The notes below the pieces were generated by a model, which saw only the letters and a list, made by a program, of their open reading frames with translations, was not told the origin of the DNA and did no database searches. From Planctomycetota bacterium (GTDB lineage Bacteria; Planctomycetota; PLA2; JAEUHO01), in NCBI GenBank assembly GCA_965223505.1, contig CBDCWP010000026.1, positions 32,001-96,000 of the forward strand: DNA of 64,000 bases. The letters are read 5' to 3'. A program made the position numbers and the translations under genes. Below, piece by piece: positions 37,263 to 47,042 of the stretch; the first letter of the stretch is position 1, and every line of letters begins with the position of its first letter.

Positions 37263-38891
37263 ATGCGACTTCGCGTCCTTGCCTGGCTCTTGCTCGTGGG
37301 ACTCTCCGCATGCGGAGGAACGTCAGGCTCGACGCCGCAGCCGCCGTCCTCGCCCCCCGGCGACGAGAGTGTCATCCTTCCGCCGCCGACGTCCGCGGCG
37401 TTGTTGGCATTCGAGCCGTTCAACTACCCTGACACGTCCTATCCGTCGGGCTTGAGCGGCCAGGAGGGCGGGTTCGGCTTCGCCCATCCGTGGAACGACG
37501 CGGACGGGGACGTTCAAGACCGCGTCATCGGCGGCGATCAGCTCGTTGTCACGAGTCCGCTGGCGCCGCCGTCCACCGGCGGACGCTCGATTCACTTCGG
37601 GACGTCGAGTACCGCGATCTTCCGCGATCTCGATACCGAGTACGGCGCGGACGACACCGAGATCTGGGTGAGCGTGCGTTGGATCTCGACGGACACCGCG
37701 GCGTCGGAGGGACTACAGGTGATCGACTTCAACCGCGCCGACGGCGGGTTCGGCACGGTCGTCGGACAGATTCGTGGTCTCGCGAACGACGACCTGCTCG
37801 ATGGGATGTACGAGGTCGGGCACCACCCCACGCGAACGAGCGCGGATCTCGGCCCCCGTGACCAGGCGGCCCACTTCCTCGTCCTACGTTTCACCTTCGG
37901 CGTCGGCGACGTAGACACCGTCGACGCATGGATCGACCCGACGGACGGTGGATTCGATCGCGTCGCGTCCGACGCGACGGTGCAGGCGACGAACGCCGCG
38001 TTCAGCCGCGTGACGCTCCGTTCCGCCGCGGCGGACAGTATCGATGAATTGCGGATCGGCACGACGAAGAACGCCGTGATCCAGCCCTCGCAGCGCATGA
38101 CCGTCTACCGGATCGGCAACAGTCTCACGTGGGACTCGCAGCCCAACGGCATCGAGGCGCTCGCCGGTCAGCGGCAGTACTTGCACGACGAGGGGTACCA
38201 CATCCGCTGCGGCCAGACGCTCGAGAACATCTGGGCCGTTCCGAACGACACGTGCGTTGCGCCGGTGCCGGAGTACGGAACGTTCACGGGCGCCCTGAGC
38301 ACGAAGACCTGGAACGCCGTCACGATGCAACCGTTTCCCGGGGGCACGTCGACGCTGCTGGACGACGAGGAAACGATCCTGAACATGATCGATCTCGCGC
38401 GGCAGCATGCCGGCAACGCGAAGACGCGCTACTACATCTACGCGGCGTGGCCACAGCGCACGAACTACGCCGCCTCTTGGGACCGTGCCGTTGCCGACGA
38501 CGACGCGGCGCCGACGGTCATGGCTCGCGAGTACTTCGAGCATCTCGTGACGCGGGTTCGCGACGCAACGGGGGCCGCGGTGTACGTCATTCCCGTGGGC
38601 GAGGTGCTCTACGAGCTGGACGGGCGCTTGCGCGCCGGACAGGTTCCCGGCCTCACGGGCATTGCCGACCTCTACCGCGACGACACGCACCTCGCGCTGG
38701 ACACGGGGCGTTTCGTCGCGGGGCTGACCGTGTTCAGCACGCTCTACGCCCAGGATCCGAGCGGGATCGTCAAGCCGGAGCAGTACTACGGCGCGAGCGA
38801 CCTGCCGTTCACGGCGGAGCTCTACGCAGCCGTGTACGGCGCGGTTTGGACGGTCGTCTCCACACACCCGGCCACCGGCGTCGCGCCCTGA
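37263..38891 (+). CDS. Lipoprotein with beta-rich N-terminal domain and SGNH-like C-terminal domain
   Basis: LSAC lipobox; IGNSLT and DDTH (SGNH-like blocks). Confidence 0.7.
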   Translation: MRLRVLAWLLLVGLSACGGTSGSTPQPPSSPPGDESVILPPPTSAALLAFEPFNYPDTSYPSGLSGQEGGFGFAHPWNDADGDVQDRVIGGDQLVVTSPLAPPSTGGRSIHFGTSSTAIFRDLDTEYGADDTEIWVSVRWISTDTAASEGLQVIDFNRADGGFGTVVGQIRGLANDDLLDGMYEVGHHPTRTSADLGPRDQAAHFLVLRFTFGVGDVDTVDAWIDPTDGGFDRVASDATVQATNAAFSRVTLRSAAADSIDELRIGTTKNAVIQPSQRMTVYRIGNSLTWDSQPNGIEALAGQRQYLHDEGYHIRCGQTLENIWAVPNDTCVAPVPEYGTFTGALSTKTWNAVTMQPFPGGTSTLLDDEETILNMIDLARQHAGNAKTRYYIYAAWPQRTNYAASWDRAVADDDAAPTVMAREYFEHLVTRVRDATGAAVYVIPVGEVLYELDGRLRAGQVPGLTGIADLYRDDTHLALDTGRFVAGLTVFSTLYAQDPSGIVKPEQYYGASDLPFTAELYAAVYGAVWTVVSTHPATGVAP

Positions 38892-38939
38892 AGGAGCGAG
38901 CCGCCTCGCCTTGGCTCGTGCATGGGTCTGCGGGCGCCG

Positions 38940-39104
38940 TCACTCCCCATCGGGCGCGCAGGGGCAGATCATCGGGTCGTAGGAACCGCGCAGGGCGATG
39001 CCGTCTTGCAGAACGGCGTTCGAGTCCGAGGTCCACTGGGTCCCGTACCCACCCGCGGTGCACCCCGTGGCGAGCAGAACCAGGGCCGGAATCACGTAGC
39101 GCAT
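38940..39104 (-). CDS. 54-aa small lipoprotein MRYVIPALVLLATGC...MICPCAPDGE (not in ORF track)
   Basis: AGGAGGG RBS, ATG at 39104, hydrophobic core, ATGC lipobox, TGA at 38940. Confidence 0.65.
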   Translation of the reverse strand: MRYVIPALVLLATGCTAGGYGTQWTSDSNAVLQDGIALRGSYDPMICPCAPDGE

Positions 39105-39146
39105 GACACCCTCCTGCCGACAGTCCGTCCCTTGCGTGAGGCCATT

Positions 39147-39230
39147 GGAGGGGCGACTCTCGAGGTCGCCCGCGAGCAGCCACGTCCGGCCGCACCCCGG
39201 TCCGCGGGCGGGGTCAAGCCTCGCCCCTAC
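39147..39230. repeat. Inverted pair of divergent REP-like palindromes
   Basis: GGAGGGGCGACTCTCGAGGTCGCCC and GGGCGGGGTCAAGCCTCGCCCCTAC. Confidence 0.65.
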
Positions 39231-39257
39231 GGCAACCCGGCTCGCCGGGCGCTGCGA

Positions 39258-40271
39258 TCAACCGCCGATGTAGGACATCTCCACCTTCGGCAGGTCGTCG
39301 GTGCCCTCGGTGCGCAGCTCCGAATATCGGTCCGCGCGCGCCTGCCAGATCTCGCGCAGCAGGACACCCAGCTCGTCCTCGCGCGCACCCGCGCGCAGCG
39401 GGGTCTTCAGGTCGTGGCCTTCCGCCGCAAACAAGCAGGTGTACAGCTTGCCGTCCGCCGACAGCCGCGCGCGGTGACAGCCGCGGCAGAACGGCTGCGT
39501 CACGGACGAGATGAAACCGATCTCGCCTTCGCCGTCCGCGTAGCGGTAACGGCGCGCGACCTCGCCGGGGTAGTTCGGATCCACAGGCTCGAGCGGCATC
39601 TCGGCGTGGATCCGCGTCGCCAGCTCGCCCGACGGCACGACGTCTTCGAGCCGCCAACCGTTCTTCGTACCGACGTCCATGTACTCGATGAAGCGCAAGA
39701 TCACCGGCCGGCCTCGGAAGTGCCGCGCCATCGGCACGACGTCGTGATCGTTGACGCCGCGCTTGACGACCATGTTGACCTTGACCTGAAGCCCAGCCTC
39801 GATCGCGGCATCGATGCCGGCGATGACGCGCTCGACCGGGAAGTCGACGTCGTTCATGGACCGGAACACGTCGTCACGCAACGAGTCGCAGCTCACGGTG
39901 ACGCGTCCCAACCCGGCTTCGTACAGATCGCCGGCCTTGCGCGCAAGCAGCGAGCCATTCGTCGTGACGGCGATGTCGTCGATCTCGTCGATCTCGACGA
40001 GTCCCTTGATCAACCACTCGATTTCCTTGCGCAGCAAGGGCTCACCGCCGGTGAGTCGGATCTTGCGAACGCCCAGCGGGACGGCGGCCTTCACGATGGT
40101 CTGGATCTCGCCGTACTTGAGCAGCTCGCTGCGTTCCATGAACGCGAAGTCGGCGCCGAAGGACTCCTTCGGCAGACAGTACGGACAGCGAAAGTTGCAG
40201 CGGTCCGTGACCGAGATGCGCAGGTCGCGCAGCGGCCGCTCGAATCGATCTCGAACCGTGGAGTCGCTCAC
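39258..40271 (-). CDS. moaA: GTP 3',8-cyclase
   Basis: LRISVTDRCNFRCPYC, RLTGGEP, RFIEYM, FCRGCHRARLSADGKLYTCL and MSYIGG C-terminus. Confidence 0.96.
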   Translation of the reverse strand: MSDSTVRDRFERPLRDLRISVTDRCNFRCPYCLPKESFGADFAFMERSELLKYGEIQTIVKAAVPLGVRKIRLTGGEPLLRKEIEWLIKGLVEIDEIDDIAVTTNGSLLARKAGDLYEAGLGRVTVSCDSLRDDVFRSMNDVDFPVERVIAGIDAAIEAGLQVKVNMVVKRGVNDHDVVPMARHFRGRPVILRFIEYMDVGTKNGWRLEDVVPSGELATRIHAEMPLEPVDPNYPGEVARRYRYADGEGEIGFISSVTQPFCRGCHRARLSADGKLYTCLFAAEGHDLKTPLRAGAREDELGVLLREIWQARADRYSELRTEGTDDLPKVEMSYIGG

Positions 40272-40284
40272 GTCGGGATGATAC

Positions 40285-42291
40285 CTACGGCACGAACGTG
40301 TCCGTCACTTCGCGCGCGACCGCCCCCTTCTCCGTGGCCATGACGACCAGGGGAACGTCGACGCTTCGGATCCGGCAGCTGCCCTCGTCCTTGCACACGT
40401 AGTAGAGCAGCCGCAGCGTCGCCGCCGTGACGGCCATGGTGACGGCCGGCATCTCGATCGTCGTCGTGGCGCCCTGGATCTTCGCCTCGACGGGCTCACC
40501 CCACCCCTCGACGCGAAGCGCCGACGGCGCGCCGGGCGTGAGCTTCCAACCCGCCGGCAAGTCGAGCTTGATCGTCAGCTTCGTCGTCTCGCCGGAACGG
40601 ACGGTGAGCGGCCGCGCGAACGCGAGCTCGGTCTCCGCGAGGTCCGGCCAAGCGCCGACGCCGCCGGAGCGCGCCATCTCCTGCGGGATCGGAACACCTT
40701 CGAGCTTGAGCGTTGCGACCTTGCGCGTCTGCAGGTCGATGGTGCGGATCGCGTGGTTGTTGGTGTCGGCGACGTAGATCGTGTCGCCCAGCACGTCGAG
40801 GCCGCCCGGTTCGGAGAAGGTCCCCTTTGCGTCGTCGAAGCCGGGCGCGTCCACGCCCCAAAGCGACGTGACCACTCTCGTCTTCGGATCGACGGACTTG
40901 ATCTTGTGGTTGTAGGAGTCGGCCACGTAGAGCAAGCCGCCGTGAACCGCGACGCCCAACGCGTGCTCGAAACGACGACCGGGACCGACGCCGTCCTCGT
41001 CTCCGAAGTAGAAGAGGTTGCGCGGGTTCTCCGGGATGGCGCCCGCGAGCGTCTCGACGGGGCCGCTGAGCCCCACGCGCACGATGCTGCTCGACTCGCT
41101 GTCGGCGACGTACATCCACGTCCCGTCCCACGCGAGACCCGAGGGCTGCGCGAACGCGGCGCGTGTCAGCGTGTAGTGGTCGAGCCGTTGTTCGCTGCCG
41201 TCACCGGCAAACCGTTCCACCGCGTCGGTCTTGGGGTCGTACAGCCACAGCTGATGGGTGCCGGCCATGGCGATGTAGAGCTTGTCCTCGATCCAGAGCA
41301 CGTCCCAGGGGCTGGCCAGCTTCGCTTCCTTGGCGGGATGCACGCCCTCACGCAAGCGGCCCTGCTCGCCGGTGCCGGAGACCGTGCTCACGACGCCCGT
41401 CTTCAGATCGATCTTGCGAATCGCATGGTTCTGGGTGTCGGCGACCCAGAGCGCGTCGTTGCGAAGGTCCATGCCCTGCGGCCGGAAGAAGCGCGCCTTG
41501 CCGGGCAAGCCGTCGACGAGCCCGCGGGCGCCGTCCCCCCAGGCGCGTCGGAACGCGCCGTCGAGACCGACCTCGACGATGCGGTTGTGGTTGCTGTCGG
41601 CGATGAAGAGCCGTTTGCCCGTGGCGTCCGCGAGGACCTTGCCGGGGTAGGCGAGCTGGCCGGTTGGGCGCGCGGCCTGTTCGAGGCGAACGGGGAGCGG
41701 GTCGGTGTTGAGGATCTGCTTGTCGGCAAAGTGTTCGAGGAGCGCCTGGATCAGCCCGTCGAGCTCTTCTCGACGGCCCTCGCCCCGCAGCTGCCCCAGG
41801 ATGCGGCCGTCCGGCGCGATGACGACGAACGTCGGCCAGGAGCGCGCTCCGAACGAGCGCCAGATCGCGTGATCACCGTCGTTGACGACGGGGTGCTCGA
41901 TCTCGTAGCGCCGGACCGCTTCGCGGATGTTTTCCAGGTCGCGTTCGTTGGTGAACTTGGCGCTGTGGACGCCGACGAAGGCGACGGCCTTCTCCTCGTA
42001 CTTGCGCTCGAGGAACTCGAGATCGGGAAGCACGTGGATGCAGTTGATGCAGCAGTAGCACCAGAAGTCGAGGATGACGACCTTGCCGCGGAGCTCGCGT
42101 TCGAGCGAGAGCGGGCGCGAGACGTTGAGCCAGTCGCGCCCGTCCGGAAAGTCGGGCGCCTTCGGCGCGTCGGCGAGGTTGTCCTTCACGACCTGGCGGG
42201 CCCAGTCGAGCGCGGACTCGTCCTCGTCCGCGTGCGCGAGCGGCGCGAGGAGCAGTGCCGTCAAGGTGAGTGCGAGGGGGACGTGCTTCAT
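40285..42291 (-). CDS. Thioredoxin-like + NHL repeat protein (NHLRC2/SOQ1-like), secreted
   Basis: DFWCYCCINC, GVHSAKF, repeated ADSNHNRI/ADTQNHAIR/ADSYNHKIK. Signal peptide ending AHA-DE. Confidence 0.9.
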   Translation of the reverse strand: MKHVPLALTLTALLLAPLAHADEDESALDWARQVVKDNLADAPKAPDFPDGRDWLNVSRPLSLERELRGKVVILDFWCYCCINCIHVLPDLEFLERKYEEKAVAFVGVHSAKFTNERDLENIREAVRRYEIEHPVVNDGDHAIWRSFGARSWPTFVVIAPDGRILGQLRGEGRREELDGLIQALLEHFADKQILNTDPLPVRLEQAARPTGQLAYPGKVLADATGKRLFIADSNHNRIVEVGLDGAFRRAWGDGARGLVDGLPGKARFFRPQGMDLRNDALWVADTQNHAIRKIDLKTGVVSTVSGTGEQGRLREGVHPAKEAKLASPWDVLWIEDKLYIAMAGTHQLWLYDPKTDAVERFAGDGSEQRLDHYTLTRAAFAQPSGLAWDGTWMYVADSESSSIVRVGLSGPVETLAGAIPENPRNLFYFGDEDGVGPGRRFEHALGVAVHGGLLYVADSYNHKIKSVDPKTRVVTSLWGVDAPGFDDAKGTFSEPGGLDVLGDTIYVADTNNHAIRTIDLQTRKVATLKLEGVPIPQEMARSGGVGAWPDLAETELAFARPLTVRSGETTKLTIKLDLPAGWKLTPGAPSALRVEGWGEPVEAKIQGATTTIEMPAVTMAVTAATLRLLYYVCKDEGSCRIRSVDVPLVVMATEKGAVAREVTDTFVP

Positions 42292-42495
42292 TGACGGCTC
42301 AGGATACGGCTGCGCGAACGGCTGCTGGAACCCGGTCCGCCCCGGTGAGGCGCGAATGCTGCCGAGGCACGAGTGCGCTGCGGTCGGCGGCGCACGCAGA
42401 ACGCCGCCCAGGTCGTTCCCGGGGCCCCCCAGCAGGACATCGCGCGAAGCGCACGGGAGGATACGCCCGACCCGAAAATCGAGGGTGCCGCCCTG

Positions 42496-44682
42496 CTACT
42501 GGAGGCCGCTCTCGATGCCGAGCACCTCGAGCTCTCGAACGGAGCCCTCGATGTCGAGCTTGACGTTGTCGCCGACCTTGCTGCCCATCAGCGCCTGCCC
42601 GAGCGGCGTCATGTAGTTGATGATGCCGTGCTCCATGTCCGCGTCCGGCGGGCCGAACAGGGTGTACGTGAGCTCCTGCTCGCCGTCCTTGAGCCGCACC
42701 CGCGTGCCCACCGAGACCGAGTCCGACGAGACGTGGTCCTGCGTGATCGCCACGGCGCGCGCCAGATCCGACTTGAGCTGATCGACCTTGGCCTGCAGCA
42801 GCCCCTGCTTCTCCCGCGCGGCGTGATACTCGGCGTTCTCCTTCAAGTCGCCGAACTCGCGCGCACGCGCGATCTCGGCGCGGTTCGCCGGCATCTCTTC
42901 GTTCTCGATCCGCCGGCGCTCGGCCTTCAACGCCTCGATGCCCGCCGCCGTCATGTAGATCCGCGCGGCGTCCTCGGGCGCCTCGGGCTCGTCGTCGCGC
43001 TGCGCCTTGCCGGCCGCTCCCGGATGCGCCGCAAGCACGACGCTCTGCATCCGGCCCACGTCGACGTTGCGAAGTCCCCGCGCCGATGCCACGAGCTGCA
43101 TGAGATGACGACCGCCCTCTTCGTCCGTCGCTTCCGCCGCCTCCTTCACCAACGCGCAGCCCTTCTCAGCCAACACGTCGCCCAGTTGCACGACGGCCTT
43201 CTTGTCCTTCGTCACGCCGCCCCGGCGCTGGCGGTACTCGACCGCGTCGATCACCTTCAGCACGCGCGTGACCAGCTTGTTCGGCTCGTGCTCTCGGCCC
43301 TCCCACTTGCCGCGACGCAGGCCGCGCAGGTACCACGCGTACAACGCCGGCATCAGCGCCGGCTTCTCGTCGATCTTGTCGAGCAGCTCGTTGAGCAGGT
43401 CTTCGCGGCCCTGCTTCTTGGCGCCCACGACGAGCACGTCGGCGCAGACCGGATCGTCCTCCAATGCCAGCTCGAGGAGGTCCGGCAAACCGTCTTCCTT
43501 CGTGCGCAGATAGCCCTCGGCCGCGCTCGCCCGAATGCGATCGTCCGTGATCGACTTCACGATCTCGATCGGGTCGTTCGACAACGCGAGGATGTCGCCG
43601 AGCCGCTGGCTGGCGTCCTCGCCCTTCAGGTCCGCCGCGACGACCTCCCAGCCCATGCGCGCGCCGGGCGCCTTCACCGTGCGCTCGAGCTCGCGGTCCA
43701 CGACCTCGATCAGGGTCGCGCGCGCCTCTTCATTCGTGCCCACCGTGGCGGCGTAGTCCGACACGACCTTCTGGCGTGCCGTCACCGTCGCCGACCGCTT
43801 GAGCGCCATCTCGATCTGCGAGCGGAAGTCCGCCTGCGCGACCTCGTGCAGCTCGATGCGCGGGTCGCGCCCCGAGCCGACCTCGAAACGCGGGTCGAGC
43901 AGCGCGGCCTTCTTCGCGTTCTTCCACCACGTGCTCCAGGTCGAAGGCGCCACCGCCTCGGGCGTGAGCGCGCCGCGCACGTTGCGCAGGTTCGCCGAGT
44001 TGCCGTACCAGCCGAGCACCTGCTGGAGCACCACCAGCGGCTCTTCCTTCGCGAACGCGCGCAGGCCCCGCCGGTCCACCATGCCGCGCACGCGGATGTC
44101 GTCCTCGGGTAGGCGCTCGAGGATGCGCGCCGCCGCGTCCACGTCCATCTCGTGGCCCGGGCGGTCGTGGAAGTCGATCACGCAGCGACCACGCTCCGGG
44201 TAGTACTCGACGATCTTGCCCACGCCCCAGCCGGACTTGTGAAAGACGTACGCGTCCTTCTCGATCTGCAGGAGCCGCTGCAACGACTCGCACTGCGTGC
44301 TCAGTTCAGCCGCCGGACCGCCGCGAACGCCGCTCTGCTCGAGCAGGCCTTCGAGGTCCTCCCGATCCGGGTGCGCCTTCGTCGCGGTCTCGATGACCTT
44401 CTCGCGCAGCTGTCCGTCGTCCGGGGGCGCGAGCTCGGCCATCTTGCCGTACACGGTGATCAGCTCGCGATGGCGATCGTTGCTTTGCAGCGCGTCTTCG
44501 AGGAGGCCGAGCATGACGCCCGCCTGGCGGCGGCCACCAGGCTGGCGCGACATGAGCTGGGCCGACTCCAGAAAACGGCGCAGGTCCGTGGACCCGGATT
44601 CAATCAGTTCCAACCATGTTCGCTCGGCGCCGTCGATGTCCTTCGCGAGGATCGCGCGCCGCAGGTCTTCCCAACGAGCCAT
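42496..44682 (-). CDS. greA: Long-form GreA/GreB transcription elongation factor
   Basis: C-terminal AREFGDLKENAEYHAAR and TPLGQALMG; N-terminal extension of about 570 aa. Confidence 0.88.
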   Translation of the reverse strand: MARWEDLRRAILAKDIDGAERTWLELIESGSTDLRRFLESAQLMSRQPGGRRQAGVMLGLLEDALQSNDRHRELITVYGKMAELAPPDDGQLREKVIETATKAHPDREDLEGLLEQSGVRGGPAAELSTQCESLQRLLQIEKDAYVFHKSGWGVGKIVEYYPERGRCVIDFHDRPGHEMDVDAAARILERLPEDDIRVRGMVDRRGLRAFAKEEPLVVLQQVLGWYGNSANLRNVRGALTPEAVAPSTWSTWWKNAKKAALLDPRFEVGSGRDPRIELHEVAQADFRSQIEMALKRSATVTARQKVVSDYAATVGTNEEARATLIEVVDRELERTVKAPGARMGWEVVAADLKGEDASQRLGDILALSNDPIEIVKSITDDRIRASAAEGYLRTKEDGLPDLLELALEDDPVCADVLVVGAKKQGREDLLNELLDKIDEKPALMPALYAWYLRGLRRGKWEGREHEPNKLVTRVLKVIDAVEYRQRRGGVTKDKKAVVQLGDVLAEKGCALVKEAAEATDEEGGRHLMQLVASARGLRNVDVGRMQSVVLAAHPGAAGKAQRDDEPEAPEDAARIYMTAAGIEALKAERRRIENEEMPANRAEIARAREFGDLKENAEYHAAREKQGLLQAKVDQLKSDLARAVAITQDHVSSDSVSVGTRVRLKDGEQELTYTLFGPPDADMEHGIINYMTPLGQALMGSKVGDNVKLDIEGSVRELEVLGIESGLQ

Positions 44683-44758
44683 GGGCACGTCTCCGGGGGG
44701 GCCACTGTGAGGAAAGAGAGCAAGGAACTGCGCAGGGTAAGCGCGTTTCCCAAACGTC

Positions 44759-44798
44759 AAAAAAGAGACCCGGCGGCGTCCGGGGAAGCCGCCGGGTC
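44759..44798 (-). terminator. Intrinsic terminator after tRNA-Arg
   Basis: GACCCGGCGGC...GCCGCCGGGTC stem followed by TCTTTTTT on the minus strand. Confidence 0.8.
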
Positions 44799-44806
44799 CA
44801 CGAAAC

Positions 44807-44881
44807 TGGTACGCCCATAGGGATTCGAACCCCAATCCCCGGCTCCGGAGGCCGGTGCTCTATCCATTGAGCTATGGGCGC
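44807..44881 (-). tRNA. tRNA-Arg(CCG)
   Basis: GCGCCCATAGCTCAATGGATAGAGCACCGGCCTCCGGAGCCGGGGATTGGGGTTCGAATCCCTATGGGCGTACCA folds into a cloverleaf with anticodon CCG and encoded CCA. Confidence 0.96.
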
Positions 44882-44972
44882 GTGGGGCGGGCGATTGTAC
44901 GGGCCTCTCGCCGGGCCGCGACACGTGCCCGGGCGGTCGCCGCGAGCGCCGTGTTACGTCGCCTCTTCCGGG

Positions 44973-45968
44973 TCAGGAGTAGTAGCGGCGCTTGCGGCGC
45001 TGGCGCGGCGCGTCGGCCTCCTGTTGGCGTTCGGACGCCCGGCGTCCGCCCTGGCGGCCACGTCGCTGCGGTCCGCGCGAAGCGCCCTTGCTGCCGGCGG
45101 GCCGGTCGGCCTTTCCGCGCACTTGCGCGCCGTCGCTCCGCCGGCGCCGACGCTTCGGCTTGCGCTCGGGCGGCAGCTCGGCGTCCCACACCTCGCGATT
45201 GGCCTGGTACAGGCGCTCGGCCTCGTAGACGAACGCCAGTTGCTCGGGCTCGAGCTTCACGCACGCACCGGGCGGGAGCGTGCCGAGCTTGAGCGGTCCG
45301 ATCTGCGTGCGCTGTAGCCGGCGGACCTTCAGTCCAACCCGCGCCAGGACACGCCGAATCTCGCGATTGCGCCCCTCGAAGACGGTCATTTCGAGGAGGG
45401 TGGCGTCACGCCGAGGGTCGCGTCCGACGGCACGCACGCGCGCAGGCGACGACTTGCCCTCGGCCAACCACACGCCCGCCTCGATCTTCGCGATCTGCTG
45501 CCGGTCGACGCGGCCGCGCACGGCAACCTGATAGACCTTCTCGATGCGGTACCGCGGGTGGCAGATGATGTTGGCGATGCCACCGTCGTTGGTGAGCAGG
45601 ATCAGACCGCGGCTGTCCGCGTCCAACCGGCCGACCGTGTAGATGCGGTGATTGCGATCGGGGACCAGGTCGACGACGCGCTTGCGCCCACGCTCGTCGG
45701 AGTTGGTGCAGATCGTGTTGGAAGGCTTGTTGAGCAGGTAGTAGACCTTGTCCTCGGCCTTCACCTTCTCGCCGTCGAGCGTGACCTTGTCCGAGGTCGG
45801 ATCGACCTTGAGGCCCATCTTCGTGACGACCTTGCCGTTGACCGTCACTCGGCCCTGCTGAATGAAGGTCTCGCACTCGCGCCGCGAACCCGCGCCCGTC
45901 GAGGCGAGGAATTTGTGCAAGCGGTCCTTGACCCCGTTCGAGGTCTGCGTACTCGTTCCCCTGGCCAT
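44973..45968 (-). CDS. rRNA pseudouridine synthase (RluB/RsuA family)
   Basis: S4 domain RLHKFLA...SRR, LNKP, VGRLD and EGRNREIRR; basic tail. Confidence 0.92.
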   Translation of the reverse strand: MARGTSTQTSNGVKDRLHKFLASTGAGSRRECETFIQQGRVTVNGKVVTKMGLKVDPTSDKVTLDGEKVKAEDKVYYLLNKPSNTICTNSDERGRKRVVDLVPDRNHRIYTVGRLDADSRGLILLTNDGGIANIICHPRYRIEKVYQVAVRGRVDRQQIAKIEAGVWLAEGKSSPARVRAVGRDPRRDATLLEMTVFEGRNREIRRVLARVGLKVRRLQRTQIGPLKLGTLPPGACVKLEPEQLAFVYEAERLYQANREVWDAELPPERKPKRRRRRSDGAQVRGKADRPAGSKGASRGPQRRGRQGGRRASERQQEADAPRQRRKRRYYS

Positions 45969-46131
45969 TGATTACTTCCCGGTTCCCGCGGTCCGAACCT
46001 CACGGCAGGAGCGCGTGTCTCGATACTCGACGGCGTCGCAGCGACGCGAACTTCCCATTCGCGACCCGTCAAGTCTAGCGATTGCCGGTCGAATGTCGCC
46101 CCCGTCGGCGGCGTGTCTTCACAAACGAACG

Positions 46132-47016
46132 TCACGGGGTGGCGGAATCGTCCGGCACGTCCGCCAGGAACACCCAGCCACGGCTCTCCACCGACTCGAT
46201 TTCGGAGGGCAGGACGACCGTGCGCCCGGCGGGGACCTCGAATGCGAGCGAATTCGGCCCCCAGTGGAGCAAGCCGGTATCGGTGAAGTACGCCGCGAGG
46301 CCGCTCGGAGCCTCGGTGCGCCCCGGCGGCAGGAGTCGAATCGAGATGCGCCGACCGACGAGGCCGCGCTTGTCGACGCTGTACCGGCCGCACAGGTCCG
46401 GCCCGCGGGCGAGAACGTCGCGCGCCTCGTCGCGATGGAGCGTGCGCGGGTTGCCGTCGAGCCCCTCGCGGCCGTAGTCGTCCAGCCGCCACGTGACGTC
46501 GACGGGGTTCTGCACCTCCCACAGCAACGATCCCGACAAGACGGCGTGGACGGTGCCGGGCGGGACGTGCACCAGGCTGGGCGCCAGCTCGCCCTGTCCG
46601 GCCAAGAGCTCTCGAATCTCCAGCGTATCCAGCCAGTCGTCGCCGTCGACTCGTTCTCCGTCGCGAATCCCCGCCGCGACACGCCCCCCGTCGGCAAGCG
46701 CGACCCAGGCCTCTTCCTTGGCCGGCGCCGCGTCCGCTTCGCCCGGGTGCACCTGGACGCTCAGATTCTCCTGGGCATCGAGGACCTTGATGAGCAGCGG
46801 GAAGCGCTCCCCGAAGACCTCCCGCAGCGTCTTGCCGGTGTGAATGCCGAACTCGACGACGGACTGCACCTCGTCGGTGTCGGCGACGTCCCACGACTCG
46901 CCGACGGGACCTTCGGGCAGGTCGCGGCGCCCGAGCTCCGACTCGAGCCGGCGGCCGCCCCATGGTTTCGACACGTAGTGCGGCTTCAGGAGCAGCGGGG
47001 GTCGGGGCTCGCTCAT
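46132..47016 (-). CDS. Class I mannose-6-phosphate isomerase-like cupin
   Basis: WGG, GESW, FPLLIKVLDA, LSVQVHP, PGTVHA and EVQ...TWRL. Confidence 0.85.
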   Translation of the reverse strand: MSEPRPPLLLKPHYVSKPWGGRRLESELGRRDLPEGPVGESWDVADTDEVQSVVEFGIHTGKTLREVFGERFPLLIKVLDAQENLSVQVHPGEADAAPAKEEAWVALADGGRVAAGIRDGERVDGDDWLDTLEIRELLAGQGELAPSLVHVPPGTVHAVLSGSLLWEVQNPVDVTWRLDDYGREGLDGNPRTLHRDEARDVLARGPDLCGRYSVDKRGLVGRRISIRLLPPGRTEAPSGLAAYFTDTGLLHWGPNSLAFEVPAGRTVVLPSEIESVESRGWVFLADVPDDSATP

Positions 47017-47042
47017 CTCGCCTGACTCTACTTGATCGGGCG

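Noticed and set aside
39258..40271. Second radical SAM gene as part of a novel pathway
   Set aside because: It is a canonical MoaA with both cluster motifs and the C-terminal GG.
44807..44881. tRNA-Arg as an integration site for an island
   Set aside because: I saw no duplicated tRNA 3' end and no integrase, and the flanks are core genes.
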